The notes below the pieces were generated by a model, which searched no databases, was not told the origin of the DNA, and worked only from the letters and a program-made list of their open reading frames with translations. Positions 1 to 9,649 of a stretch of 64,000 nucleotides of DNA are shown here, one piece after another (position 1 is the first letter of the stretch; each line of letters starts with the position of its first letter). The stretch comes from a virus: positions 19,745-83,744 of IMG/VR virus record IMGVR_UViG_3300045974_000429. One strand, 5' to 3'. The position numbers and the translations under genes were made by a program.

Positions 1-1665
1 GTCGCTGATCCGCGCCAGCGTCTCCTCGTCGGTCGCCGGCCGCCCGGAGTCCGTGAGCTGCGGGCAGGGGATCTTGAGCTTCTCGTAGAAGAGGGCGGCG
101 ACCTGGATCGTGGAAGACCAGTTGAAGCCGGGCTCGACGTAGGCCGCGAGCCGCGCGTCCACCTCCGCCAGCTTGCCGGTCAGGTGCGCGCGCACGAGAT
201 CCACGGCCGAGCGGTCGATGGGGACGCCCCACGCCTCCACGCGCTGCACCGCCGGGAGCGCGTGCCGCACGACCCTGTCCCAGATGCGCGCCGGGCCGGC
301 GTTCTCCTCTCGGGCGAGCCGCTCCGAGCACCAACAGTAGAGCCGCGCCGTGGCGAGGGCGTCGCGAGCGTTGTACCGGGCGCCAAGCTCCCGCGGGAGG
401 AGCCCGAGGGCGTAGGCGCGGACCTCCGTGCCGGACTGTGCCGCGAGCGTGAAGGCCAAGACCTCGACCCGCTCCGGGACGTGCGGGAACAGCCTGGGCA
501 GGCAATAGTCCGAGATGTGTTGGTTGAGGAGCGTGCCCACGGCGTACATCTTGGCGCGAGCGCGGAGTTCCTTCTTGACCGCCTTCCCGATCCGCTCGAC
601 CTCCGCGTCGGCCTCCTCCTTGTGGCCCCCCATCCCGACGAGTTCGGCCATCGTGGCGATGTCGCCGTCCGCGTCGGCCTCCAAGAGCTTGCGCTGGAGG
701 CGGACGTCCGCGTGCTGGCCGCGAACCGGGACGCCCAGGCCGCGCTCCACGGCGTGAACGTCCACAGGCAGGTTCGCGCCGACCTTGAGCACCCGACCGG
801 ATCGCATCAGGCGCTTGAGCGGCTCCGCTCTGCCATCTTGGAGGGACTCCAAAGGCCAGACCCAGACGTGCTCCGGCCCGTCGCGGTCGCAGGGGGCGCA
901 GGCAATGTTCGTGAGGTGGAACCCCTCGCGGCCGTAGGGGCGCCCGATCCACTCGCAGTCGTAGGCGAAAATGCTCGCGTCTGCGAGGTCGAGGGCGGCC
1001 TCCTGCGCGTCGGCCTCCGTCTCCACGAGAGAGAAGGTCGCGGCCTCCGGCCCGGCAGGCACCTTGACGGAGAGCGCCCAGGCCAAGTCCTCCTGGAGCG
1101 CGAGCTGGAGGTGGCGGTTGCCGGCCGCTTGTGCCGGCGAGAGCACAACGAATACTGGGATGCCCTTCGCGGTACGCGCGAAGCTCTTGCGCGCCGAGAG
1201 CGGGGAAACCCTGCGCCCGAGAACCGCCTCCGCTGCCGCGGCACCCAGGCAGACGATCCTGTCCGGCAGCTCGTCGTCCACGACCCAGGCGAGGTAGCCG
1301 CGGCAGGCGTCCAGGTGCTTCTCGGACACCTCCGCGGAGCCCGGAGCGCAGCGCACGGCGGAGGTGATCACCGAGCGCCCGGCGCCAAGCGGCAGCACCC
1401 GCTTGAGCAGGTCGAACGCGGCGCCGTGCCCGAGTGCCCCGACGCGATCCTCCTCCCGACTCGGGCGCTCTGCGACGAACAGCGCGCCGCCGGTTCCGGG
1501 AGCCGTCTCGATGGGCGGCAGGCAGCAGCTCCTCGCGCCCTCCCGCAGCGAGCACCGGAAACACCCCTCGTCTCGCGGGAGGCGCGGCGCAACGTCGATG
1601 GCGGCGGCCGAGCCCCCTTCCGCGAGGGGCTTTCCGGCGAGGTAGAGCGGGAGGCGCGAGGTCAT
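1..1665 (-). CDS. polA: Family A DNA polymerase with N-terminal uracil-DNA-glycosylase-like (Fe-S) domain and 3'-5' exonuclease; 3' part runs off the window
   Basis: Not in the ORF track (no stop in window). Manual translation from ATG 1665: CFRC..CC..VRC..DACR (UDG family-4-like Cys pattern), ExoI YDCEW, ExoII GANLPVD, ExoIII YNARDA, then PolA thumb VEAWGVPID...FNWSSTIQVAALFYEKL...TDSGRPATDEETL. Confidence 0.9.
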   Translation of the reverse strand, partial: MTSRLPLYLAGKPLAEGGSAAAIDVAPRLPRDEGCFRCSLREGARSCCLPPIETAPGTGGALFVAERPSREEDRVGALGHGAAFDLLKRVLPLGAGRSVITSAVRCAPGSAEVSEKHLDACRGYLAWVVDDELPDRIVCLGAAAAEAVLGRRVSPLSARKSFARTAKGIPVFVVLSPAQAAGNRHLQLALQEDLAWALSVKVPAGPEAATFSLVETEADAQEAALDLADASIFAYDCEWIGRPYGREGFHLTNIACAPCDRDGPEHVWVWPLESLQDGRAEPLKRLMRSGRVLKVGANLPVDVHAVERGLGVPVRGQHADVRLQRKLLEADADGDIATMAELVGMGGHKEEADAEVERIGKAVKKELRARAKMYAVGTLLNQHISDYCLPRLFPHVPERVEVLAFTLAAQSGTEVRAYALGLLPRELGARYNARDALATARLYCWCSERLAREENAGPARIWDRVVRHALPAVQRVEAWGVPIDRSAVDLVRAHLTGKLAEVDARLAAYVEPGFNWSSTIQVAALFYEKLKIPCPQLTDSGRPATDEETLARISD

Positions 1666-1668
1666 CGG

Positions 1669-2445
1669 CTAGGCTCCCACGACCTTGGAGTCGGCCTCGG
1701 AGCCCAGGATCTCCAGCATCCGTGTGACGCGGTCCTCCATGCGCGGGATCTTGGCGAGCTTCGGAACGTCCGCCCGGAGCGCCTCGCAGACGGCGGTGAG
1801 CATCCGCGGCGCCTTCACGCCCTGGTCCTGGAGGAACACGATGATCTCCTTGATCGTCGCCTCGACGAGCTTCGCCGCCGGGATCAGCTCCTTCACCGCC
1901 TGGACGCAGGCCGCGACGTCCACGTCCGCCGGCTCACCCTCCCTCGCGAGCCGCTCACCCTCGGTCGGCTCCGCGGCGGCGGCCATCTGCGGGGCGGGGG
2001 CGGCCTGCTGCGCGACGACGGGCTCCGGGTGGGCCTCCGGGGCGGGCGCCGCCGGAACCTCCGCAGACGCGACCAAGGGCGGCTCCTTGGGCTTGTTCTT
2101 GGATCCGGGCGGGCGGCCGGGTCCGCGCTTCACCGGCTGCTCCTGGGCGGGCGCGGGGGCGGCCGCCTCCGGCTGGGGCGCCGCGATGGCGGGCTCCGGG
2201 TGGGCCTCGGGAACCTTGGGCACCGACACCTTCACCTCGACGCCGCTCATCATCGCGGCGCGAGCGCCCTCCACCGTCCGCAGGATGAACTCCGCCTCCA
2301 CGTGGTTCTGGACGAAGAACGTCAGCGTGACCGGGAACTCGTCATCGTCATCGTTGCCCAGCACCTCCGCGCGCCGGCACTGCACGTCGGCGCCCAACTT
2401 CTCCCAATCGATCTCGAACTCTGCTTCCAGCACCCGCATTTTCAT
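1669..2445 (-). CDS. Hypothetical DNA-binding protein with AT-hook
   Basis: 258 aa; KRGPGRPPGSKNK AT-hook core inside a Pro/Ala-rich linker; tightly packed in the replication operon. Confidence 0.7.
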   Translation of the reverse strand: MKMRVLEAEFEIDWEKLGADVQCRRAEVLGNDDDDEFPVTLTFFVQNHVEAEFILRTVEGARAAMMSGVEVKVSVPKVPEAHPEPAIAAPQPEAAAPAPAQEQPVKRGPGRPPGSKNKPKEPPLVASAEVPAAPAPEAHPEPVVAQQAAPAPQMAAAAEPTEGERLAREGEPADVDVAACVQAVKELIPAAKLVEATIKEIIVFLQDQGVKAPRMLTAVCEALRADVPKLAKIPRMEDRVTRMLEILGSEADSKVVGA

Positions 2446-2485
2446 CTACGCTCCTGGTTGATTGCCTGAAATGATCCTTGCGCGG

Positions 2486-3340
2486 TCAGTCGGAAATTAC
2501 CCGCCGCGCCTCCTCGAAAAGCCAATTTCGATCCACTTGGTCGGGGTCTTTCTTCGGCGGCAGCCTCACGGAGCCGGCCCGGATCCCGTCGAGCCGCAAC
2601 TTCATCGCCAGCGCCCACCCCTCCTCGTGCGCATCGCCGTCCAGAACCACGGCCACGGGTCGGCGGGCGGTCGTCTTGATGATCCAGAGCTGCTCCTCGG
2701 TTGGCTTCCCGAGCACCGCCACGGCGTCGCCGACGAACGGGAGCGCATCGAACACCCCCTCGGTGATCATGACCGGGGTTTCCGTCTCCCGGCGCAGGGC
2801 ATCCGCACCGAAGAGAACGTCGCCGCGCCAGTTGCCTCGCGCGTTCAGGTATTTTTTCTCGGCCTTGCCGGTGAAGTCGCGCGCGACCCAACCGCGCCAG
2901 TTGCCGTCCACCAGCACGGGAACGACCACTCGGCCGGCGTGGCGCCCGCTGCCGAGTACGCACCCGATCTGGAGCTTCCTGGCCGTCTCCGGGCTCACGC
3001 CGCGCTTCTGGAGGTACGCTCTCGCCGGCTTGGCCGAGAACGCTCGCAGCCCGTCACCTTCACCCAGCGGCAGGAAACCATCCGGCGGCCGGCGCGCCTC
3101 CGAGTCGTCGGGGGGCGGAGTCTTGACGGCCTCCTGGAGCGCGTCGTCGTCAGCCTCCAGGCTCCCGCCGGTGTGACACCTGAAACAGTGCCAGTGGCCG
3201 GTGCTCGGCTGAATCGAGAACGTCGGATCTGGGCGAGCGGGAACGCAGAACGGGCAGGCGCCGCGCCACCACCCGGAGGCCCGAGGCTTAGCCTCCCTGG
3301 CCGCCGCGCGGGCTAGATCCAGCTTCTCCTCCAACCTCAC
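2486..3340 (-). CDS. DNA primase (Zn finger + TOPRIM)
   Basis: CPFC...WHCFRC zinc finger; KYLN, ITEGVFDAL and LDGDA TOPRIM motifs; GTG start at 3340 overlaps the upstream stop (GTGA). Confidence 0.9.
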   Translation of the reverse strand: MRLEEKLDLARAAAREAKPRASGWWRGACPFCVPARPDPTFSIQPSTGHWHCFRCHTGGSLEADDDALQEAVKTPPPDDSEARRPPDGFLPLGEGDGLRAFSAKPARAYLQKRGVSPETARKLQIGCVLGSGRHAGRVVVPVLVDGNWRGWVARDFTGKAEKKYLNARGNWRGDVLFGADALRRETETPVMITEGVFDALPFVGDAVAVLGKPTEEQLWIIKTTARRPVAVVLDGDAHEEGWALAMKLRLDGIRAGSVRLPPKKDPDQVDRNWLFEEARRVISD

Positions 3341-3927
3341 CGATGCAGCTCCGGCCAGAGCTGCGCGAACGCTCGCGCGAACTCCGCCCGAGCCTGCTTC
3401 CAGGGTAGCGGCCGCACGTCGAACCGCACCGGGTCCAAGACCGCACCGAGCACGTGCCACGGCGCCGGCCGAGTCACCTCCGGGAAAAATTGCGCCGCCT
3501 CGGAGACGAGCAGGTCCAGGTCGGCCTGCTTCACGTCCGGCGGCTCCTCGCCGACGAGTCCGAACCTCTCCGCCACGGCCCGCATGATTTTTTCCTCGCA
3601 GCGCCGGAACTCGACCATCTCGGGCTGGCTCTTGAGCGGCTTCGGCATGTCGCCGATGTACGCCTCCGCCGCATCGTGGAGCAGGCCCCAGCGGGCGACG
3701 TTGATCCGCTCCGCTTCGAGCATCCCGGCGGAGAGGCTATACGCCCGTCTGGAGACGAGCACGCTGTGCTGTGCGACCGAGTAGGGCTCGGGGGCGTGGC
3801 CGTTGTAGCGGTTCACGCAGGCGAGCGCGTGGGCGATGTCGGGGAGCTTGATGTCTTCCGGCCGCGGGTCGAGCGGCCAGAACATGAAGCCGCGGTAGGT
3901 CTGGGTCCAGCTTCCTTTTCGCGTCAC
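3337..3927 (-). CDS. HD-domain phosphohydrolase (YfbR/5'-deoxynucleotidase-like)
   Basis: DIAHAL..RYNGH..YSVAQHS..LLHDAAEAYIGD..VKQAD motifs; GTGA coupling to the helicase stop. Confidence 0.9.
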   Translation of the reverse strand: MTRKGSWTQTYRGFMFWPLDPRPEDIKLPDIAHALACVNRYNGHAPEPYSVAQHSVLVSRRAYSLSAGMLEAERINVARWGLLHDAAEAYIGDMPKPLKSQPEMVEFRRCEEKIMRAVAERFGLVGEEPPDVKQADLDLLVSEAAQFFPEVTRPAPWHVLGAVLDPVRFDVRPLPWKQARAEFARAFAQLWPELHR

Positions 3928-5303
3928 GTCGTTCCTCCCGAGGCCGCCGGAGCGGCGGGTCCGAACCTCACGATGGGGCCGATGGCGGCGCAGGCGAGAT
4001 CGAGCGGGATCGGCCCGCTCGATCCGCACGCCTTGCCGGTGCGATTCTTCGGCAGAAAAAACTCGATGCTCATCTGGTCCTCGGCGATCTCCGCCACGAG
4101 GAGCTTGTCACAGACGCGCGCCTTGCCCATTCCGTCCGCGAGATCATCCGTCCCGATCCGCTTGCGCTTCGCGCCTGTGCTGGACACGCCCTTGGGCTGG
4201 CTCACCGTCCAGCCCCAGCACTGCAGCTCGTCGTGGACGAGCCGGCGCAGCTCCGTGAACACCCGCTTCACCCGCTCGTGGCCGGGCACCTCCTGGCGCG
4301 TCTGCGGAATGGTCAAGTCGTCGGCCGAGTCCACGACGAGCAGGTCCACGTCCCGCCCCTGATCGCGGGAGAGGTCGCGACACCAGCGCCCGATCTCGCC
4401 GACGGTCGTCGCACCAGGCGTGAAGTAACGCACCGCCACGCCGCCCCCCGTCGCCGCCTGCCGCGCCTTCAGCAGCTTCGCGGCCCGGTCCCGCCCGTCG
4501 CCGGGCTTCAGCAGCGCGTCGATGGGGATGCCCGTCATGTTCGCGACGACCCGCGCGTGCCAGATCGCCACGCTGACCTCCGTCGTCGCCACGGCCACGA
4601 ACCGCCCGTCGTAGGCCGCCTGCCCCGCGAAGTGCGCCAGGGTCATGCTCTTGCCTCTCCCGGTCGCGAGGGAGACGAGTCCCAGCTCGCGCTTCGGGAG
4701 GCCGCCGCCGAGCAGGTCGTCCAACTCCATCACGCCCGTGAAGAGCAGCGCCTGATGCGCCTCCTCGTCGGCCTCCGCCCAGGCTGCCGCGTCGCCCAGG
4801 AGCACACCCGATGACTCCTCCGCGCTGCCCAAGCGCTCCGCCTTCTCCAGCAGCTCCGCGACGACCGCGAGCGGCTTCCTGTTCGCGTAGGCGTCCATCC
4901 CGGCCTTCAGGGCCGCCGACTCCTGGCGGCGCCGCAGCTCCTTCGCGAGCTGCGCCACGACGGACTCCACGTCCGGGGGCGGGAACATCTCGTCGAAGGC
5001 GTCGAAGTAGGCGCCGGCCGCGGCGAGCTGCTCGTGCGTCGCCTTGCCCTCGTTCATCCTCCGGCGGAGATGCTGAAGAACGTAGGTCGGCGAGCCGGGA
5101 ACGCCGCGCTCCGCGGCGACCTCGTGCGCCGCCTGCGCGACGGTCTTCGCATCCGCGGAACCGAGGCAGGCCGGGTCGATGGCGTGGCCGACTCGGCGAT
5201 AGAAGCCCGCATCCGAGCAGGCGAGCCCGACCGCCTCGCGCTCGAACTTCGGGTCCAGGTTGTAGGGGTCAGCTTTCGGGGCCTTCACGAGCGCGAGCGC
5301 CAT
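3924..5303 (-). CDS. DnaB-like replicative helicase
   Basis: TGVMELDDLLGGGL, Walker A ATGRGKS, Walker B LLVVD, SQ and KNR motifs. Confidence 0.88.
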   Translation of the reverse strand: MALALVKAPKADPYNLDPKFEREAVGLACSDAGFYRRVGHAIDPACLGSADAKTVAQAAHEVAAERGVPGSPTYVLQHLRRRMNEGKATHEQLAAAGAYFDAFDEMFPPPDVESVVAQLAKELRRRQESAALKAGMDAYANRKPLAVVAELLEKAERLGSAEESSGVLLGDAAAWAEADEEAHQALLFTGVMELDDLLGGGLPKRELGLVSLATGRGKSMTLAHFAGQAAYDGRFVAVATTEVSVAIWHARVVANMTGIPIDALLKPGDGRDRAAKLLKARQAATGGGVAVRYFTPGATTVGEIGRWCRDLSRDQGRDVDLLVVDSADDLTIPQTRQEVPGHERVKRVFTELRRLVHDELQCWGWTVSQPKGVSSTGAKRKRIGTDDLADGMGKARVCDKLLVAEIAEDQMSIEFFLPKNRTGKACGSSGPIPLDLACAAIGPIVRFGPAAPAASGGTT

Positions 5304-5309
5304 ACCTCA

Positions 5310-7088
5310 TCACCTCCCAGCGGCACGATGTGCCGAGTCCCAGACGAATACGCCCTCTTCGACCTGCCGGCGAAGGGCCTGCTCGGATCCTTGCGCGGCC
5401 GCACCGATTTTCTTTCGCGCCGCCTCCAGGCTCGCGCACCCGTTGCGGAACTCCGCCGCGACCGCGGCGCGCTGCGCATCCAGGTCGCCCTCGGCGCAGG
5501 CGGACACCCCGGACGCCATCCGCCGCCAGCGGGCGTAGAGGGCCTTCGCCTCCTCCGTGCTCGGCAGCGGGGTGCCCCCCTCGCAGCGGTCGCGGTGCTC
5601 CAGCATCTCGTCGAGCCCGCGGCCCTCCATCCAGCGAACCATGAAAACGTTCTCCAGGCGCGGCGCGGTATTCGGGCCATTCTTTTCGCGGTGCTCGTTG
5701 AACCGCCAGTTGACCCAGGAAATTGGAGCCACCTCGCGATCTCGCAGGAGCTTGCCAGCCTGGAGCAGGACTGTCCTGGAGCTGGGGCGGAGCTTCAACC
5801 AGCATTTCCCGAGCCGATGCTGGTGGACGCACTGGTAGGCGGCGAAGAGTTTTTTGACGACCTGCTCGTCGGAATCCGTCGCCAGGAGCCTCGGAGCCGG
5901 CGGGAGTTTGGCTCGCGCCGGGAATGGAAACTCCGGCGGCATGCTGAGACGAGCCAGCCGGGTGGGCAGCGGGGTGACGGGAATAACTGGCCGGGTGGGG
6001 GTCGGGCCGGAGATGCTCGGCGTGCTTTTAGCCCTAGCGACGGGCGCCGGATTTTTCGGCGCCTGGGATCTGAGCGTAGCGAAGATCTCTAGCTTCTTTT
6101 CTTTACTCGGGTCGCGGTTTTGATTCTCGATCAAGCTGGGCGCGGGTTTGCGCGCCCCCCCTTCCGGCGCGGATTCGGGGGGGATCGCCGGCACCGGAGC
6201 TTCCGGCCTTGTCGTCTTTGATTCCGGCCCTATCGCTTTTGATTGCAGATCCTCGGAAGCACGCAGCTTCCCGGGAAATGCCCCTATCGCTTTTGATTCT
6301 CGCGGGGGCGGCGCGGCCGAGCCGCGAGAAATATTCCAAGAATTGTTTTCCGCCTCTCGAACCTTTGATTCAGGCCCTATCGCTTTTGATTGCACCTCGC
6401 TGGAAGCAGGCGCTTTTTCTGAGTCGGGGCCTGTCGCTTTTGATTTCCTGCCAGCACCCTTCCTGGCGCCGCCGGAGAAGCCGACCCCGGCGAGCAGCGC
6501 GGCTTGAGCTTTCGGGGGGAGGCGGACCCGGTCGTAGGGGAGCCGCTCGCCCATGGCCTCGACGCGGCGAACCCACATCATGCGGTGGCCGTCCGGGTGG
6601 TTCCGATCTGGCATGTCGAGGTAGGCGAGCCCGCGACCGGACGGCGCGTCGAGGTCCTGCGGCAGCTTGAAGTCCTTCGGGGGCGGCCAGAGATCCTTGT
6701 CCTTTGGAAGCTGTGGGCGGTACTCCAGCCAGCCGAGGCGGTAGAGCCGGGCATAGGCGCGGTGGACGGACGTCACGCTCATCCCGAGGATGCGCGCCAC
6801 GGCCTCGTGGGTCTGCGTGCTGTAGGGCATGGAGAAGGTCTTGCGCCGCTGGAGGTGATCCCACACCCTCCAGGCCATCCTCTGCCACTTCTTGACGCCT
6901 GCTTCGGACAACTCCGAGCCGGCTTCCACTAGATACGGTGCTGGTGCGCCCACACGGCCCCTCCTTGAATGAGGACCGGACCGGATGGAACCCTTTGGGG
7001 CGGCAGGGCGGGCTAGAGTGGGTGTCGGCTGGCACCCTCTGGACCCTGACGCCTTGTGGACGATGGGTCCGACCCGGCCCTCATTCAA
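5310..7088 (-). CDS. Putative replication initiator (N-terminal HTH, iteron-containing linker); start uncertain
   Basis: HTH-like THEAVARILGMSVTSVHRAYARLYRLGWLE; internal repeats encoding SKAIG; directly upstream of DnaB, as in lambda O/P-type modules. Confidence 0.65.
   Translation of the reverse strand: MNEGRVGPIVHKASGSRGCQPTPTLARPAAPKGSIRSGPHSRRGRVGAPAPYLVEAGSELSEAGVKKWQRMAWRVWDHLQRRKTFSMPYSTQTHEAVARILGMSVTSVHRAYARLYRLGWLEYRPQLPKDKDLWPPPKDFKLPQDLDAPSGRGLAYLDMPDRNHPDGHRMMWVRRVEAMGERLPYDRVRLPPKAQAALLAGVGFSGGARKGAGRKSKATGPDSEKAPASSEVQSKAIGPESKVREAENNSWNISRGSAAPPPRESKAIGAFPGKLRASEDLQSKAIGPESKTTRPEAPVPAIPPESAPEGGARKPAPSLIENQNRDPSKEKKLEIFATLRSQAPKNPAPVARAKSTPSISGPTPTRPVIPVTPLPTRLARLSMPPEFPFPARAKLPPAPRLLATDSDEQVVKKLFAAYQCVHQHRLGKCWLKLRPSSRTVLLQAGKLLRDREVAPISWVNWRFNEHREKNGPNTAPRLENVFMVRWMEGRGLDEMLEHRDRCEGGTPLPSTEEAKALYARWRRMASGVSACAEGDLDAQRAAVAAEFRNGCASLEAARKKIGAAAQGSEQALRRQVEEGVFVWDSAHRAAGR
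6111..6446. repeat. Iteron-like direct repeats (CCTATCGCTTTTGATT), putative replication origin
   Basis: Copies at ~6229, ~6283, ~6376 and ~6430 (one mismatch), plus partial TTTGATT copies at ~6119, ~6217 and ~6364, in a locally AT-richer patch. Confidence 0.75.
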
Positions 7089-7202
7089 GGAGGGACGGAA
7101 GCTACTCTAGTCCACCTCGACTCGCCGCGCAAGGGTTCCAATCCTGCGCCCGATCCGAAGATGTCTTTCGACCCTATAGCACCTCGCCAGAAAGATCTAC
7201 CC

Positions 7203-8651
7203 CTACGCCGCCCCCTCCTCCGCCCGGAGGCGCGCAGCCTCGTCGGCCTTCGCGCGCGCCATCAGGGAGAGCTGCTCGGCGGGGAGCACGACGACCTCGT
7301 GTTTCTCGCGCCCGTAGGCCGCGAACCGCGCGAGGGCGTGCCGGTCGAGCCAGCGGTGCGTTTTGCGGTCGAGGACGTCCCAGACCTCGAAGGTGGTCTT
7401 GCCGGCGGCGACGCGCATCCCGCGCCCGATGCGCTGGAGGGCGGCGATGACGCTCTTCCCGGCCGTCCCGATGACGACCGAGGCTAGGGTGGGGATGTCG
7501 ATGCCCTCTTGGAAAACACCCGAGCAGACGAGCACGTCCAGATCGCCGCGGACGAGGGCGCTGATCTTGTCCTGGCGTCGCCGCACGCTGTCGGTCCCGT
7601 GCGTGAAGCCTGTGCGGAGCCCGGTCCGCCCGACGAGCCTCTCCAGCTCCCGCCCGTGGGCGACGTGCTGCACGAAGAGGAGCGCAGGCTTCTCGGCCGC
7701 CTGGGCCATCTCGACCAGGAGGGCGTTGCGCTTGCCGGACTCGGCGACCAGCTCCCGGTACATTTCCTGATGCGTGGCGAGCTTGCGCCCGGCGACGGAG
7801 GGCTGTTCGCAGGGGATCATGCGGATCGTGGGCTTGGAGAGCACGCCAGCAGCGATCAGCTCCGCGGCCCGCACGCGCGCCACGACCTTGCCCGTCGCAG
7901 CCGTCACGAGGAGGCTGCGCTTGTCCGTGCGGTCGAGCGGGGTTCCCGACATCGCGATGCGGTAGTAGGCGCCGGTGAGCGCCATCACGGTTGCCCAGTA
8001 CGTCTGGCTCGCGACGACGTGGCCCTCGTCGGCGATGAACCCGCCCACCGAGGCGGCGAGCGCTTTCGCTCGCGCGTGGTGGGGGTGGGAGTCGTTCACG
8101 AGCGCGTCTCGGAAACTTTGGAACGTGGTGCAGGTCAGCACGGCGCCCTCCGACCACGTTCCGCCGCCGATGCGCCCGGCGATGCCGCTCGTGCGCTTCT
8201 CGTAGCGGTCCGCGACGTCGAGCACGAGCTGCTCCCGATGGACGAGGAAAAGCCACTTGCAGTAAGGCGCGCGGCGCACGAGACCGACCGCGACTTCCCC
8301 TTTACCTCCTCCTGTGGAAATCCATATAATTCCCTGGCCTTCGGTGAGGGCGGAGTCCACGGCTCCGCGCTGGTAGTCGCGGAGCCATGCGAGGTCCGCG
8401 TTGATGTCGAGCGGCGGCCGCTTGCGGCGGTCGATGACCTCGACCTTCATCCGCTCGTCGACCGCTCCGCGCTCCACGAGGTGGAGGAACCCGCGCGGGA
8501 ACGTCCCGCGCCACTTCTGGAACATGCGGATCTTGCGCCCGCCCCCCATGTAACTCCGGTCCTCGAACGCGAGGAACTCGGACAGCCATGCCGTCTCCGC
8601 CTCGCTGGCGGCGGCCACTCGGCAGCGCGCGTTCTCGACCTCGATCAGCAC
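7203..8651 (-). CDS. Superfamily 2 DExH helicase (UvsW/D10-like)
   Basis: Q motif LRDYQ, STGGGKG, DEGH, SGT, FQEGIDIP, QRIGRGMR. Confidence 0.92.
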   Translation of the reverse strand: MLIEVENARCRVAAASEAETAWLSEFLAFEDRSYMGGGRKIRMFQKWRGTFPRGFLHLVERGAVDERMKVEVIDRRKRPPLDINADLAWLRDYQRGAVDSALTEGQGIIWISTGGGKGEVAVGLVRRAPYCKWLFLVHREQLVLDVADRYEKRTSGIAGRIGGGTWSEGAVLTCTTFQSFRDALVNDSHPHHARAKALAASVGGFIADEGHVVASQTYWATVMALTGAYYRIAMSGTPLDRTDKRSLLVTAATGKVVARVRAAELIAAGVLSKPTIRMIPCEQPSVAGRKLATHQEMYRELVAESGKRNALLVEMAQAAEKPALLFVQHVAHGRELERLVGRTGLRTGFTHGTDSVRRRQDKISALVRGDLDVLVCSGVFQEGIDIPTLASVVIGTAGKSVIAALQRIGRGMRVAAGKTTFEVWDVLDRKTHRWLDRHALARFAAYGREKHEVVVLPAEQLSLMARAKADEAARLRAEEGAA

Positions 8652-8653
8652 CG

Positions 8654-8980
8654 TCAGCTCGCCTTCAGGCCCAGGAGCTTCGCGGCGGCCTGCCCGACGA
8701 GTTTCCCGAGGGAGGATTCCCGGACGTAGAACATGTGGCCGACCCGGACCACGTCCACGCTCGGCTTGCCCGTGTCGTCTCCGAGCGCGAGGGCGCCGGT
8801 CTTGATCGCGCGGTGAATGTAGAGGACCGACTTCCCGATCTTGCTCGCGGAGATGCTGATCTTGTGGAACCCCTTCGCCTTGAGCAGCAGCTCCAGCGCG
8901 CTCACCTTCCTGGGGCGCCTACGCGCCTTGTCGGGTCTGCGCTCGTCCACTCGCCTCTTCGTCTGCATCTGCGCCGTCAT
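8654..8980 (-). CDS. Small basic protein, possibly DNA-binding
   Basis: 108 aa, Lys/Arg-rich, GGAG RBS, 2-nt gap to the helicase gene. Confidence 0.6.
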   Translation of the reverse strand: MTAQMQTKRRVDERRPDKARRRPRKVSALELLLKAKGFHKISISASKIGKSVLYIHRAIKTGALALGDDTGKPSVDVVRVGHMFYVRESSLGKLVGQAAAKLLGLKAS

Positions 8981-9019
8981 GTTCTCTCCGATCTGGGGGT
9001 TCTGTGGTTGGTGGTGCGA

Positions 9020-9649
9020 TCAGTCCTCGGCCAGCGCCTTGAGGAGCCCCGCCTCCAGCGGGGCGCCCTTGCCGGCGAGTTTCTTGAGCCGGCGCTTCAC
9101 GCGGTTCAGCTCCTCGCGGGAGGAGAACTCCAGCTCCAGCGCCCAGCGCGGCGCGGACTCGTCCCGCACGTCCGGCTCGGAGAAGCTGTTCGGCAGCTCG
9201 TCCTCGGCGTCCCGATCTTGCCCAGCGCCGGCGCGCAGGAGCGCGTCCACCTCGTCGGACGAGAAGCCCGTCGCCGCGAGTTGCCCCACGTCCCAGCCGG
9301 CCTCCGCGAGCGCCTGGAACTCCCTGGCGACCACCGTCAGGTCGAGTTCGCCCCGGAGCCGGTTCATCGAGATCCGCAGCGCCCGCGCCTGCTCCGGCCC
9401 CACGTCGAGGACGATTGCTGGGATGTCGGTGAGCCCGGCGGCCTGGGCTGCCCGCTTCCGGTGCGAGCCGTCGATGATTTCGACGCGGTTCCCGCCCAGG
9501 TTCCGCACGAGCACGGGCTGAACGAACCCGTCTCGCCGGATGGTTCCGACGAGGTGCTCGAAATCCTCGGGCCGCATCACGTTCGGGTTTTCCTCCGCGG
9601 GGTCGGAGATGCTCCTGATGGGAATGATCACGCCGCCGTTCGTCGTCAC
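9020..9649 (-). CDS. ParB/Srx N-terminal domain protein
   Basis: NPNVM..L..TIRRDGFVQPVLV...IIDGSHRKRAA; N.LRGE. Confidence 0.88.
   Translation of the reverse strand: MTTNGGVIIPIRSISDPAEENPNVMRPEDFEHLVGTIRRDGFVQPVLVRNLGGNRVEIIDGSHRKRAAQAAGLTDIPAIVLDVGPEQARALRISMNRLRGELDLTVVAREFQALAEAGWDVGQLAATGFSSDEVDALLRAGAGQDRDAEDELPNSFSEPDVRDESAPRWALELEFSSREELNRVKRRLKKLAGKGAPLEAGLLKALAED

Noticed and set aside
184-2469. 761-aa plus-strand ORF and many other long plus-strand ORFs (e.g. 28045-29625, 31059-32675, 38912-40366, 60441-62015)
   Set aside because: Antisense shadows of well-supported minus-strand genes in high-GC DNA; no recognisable motifs
3337-3927. DatZ-like dATPase implying a 2-aminoadenine (Z) genome
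   Set aside because: No purZ or mazZ in the window; HD nucleotidases are widespread in ordinary phages
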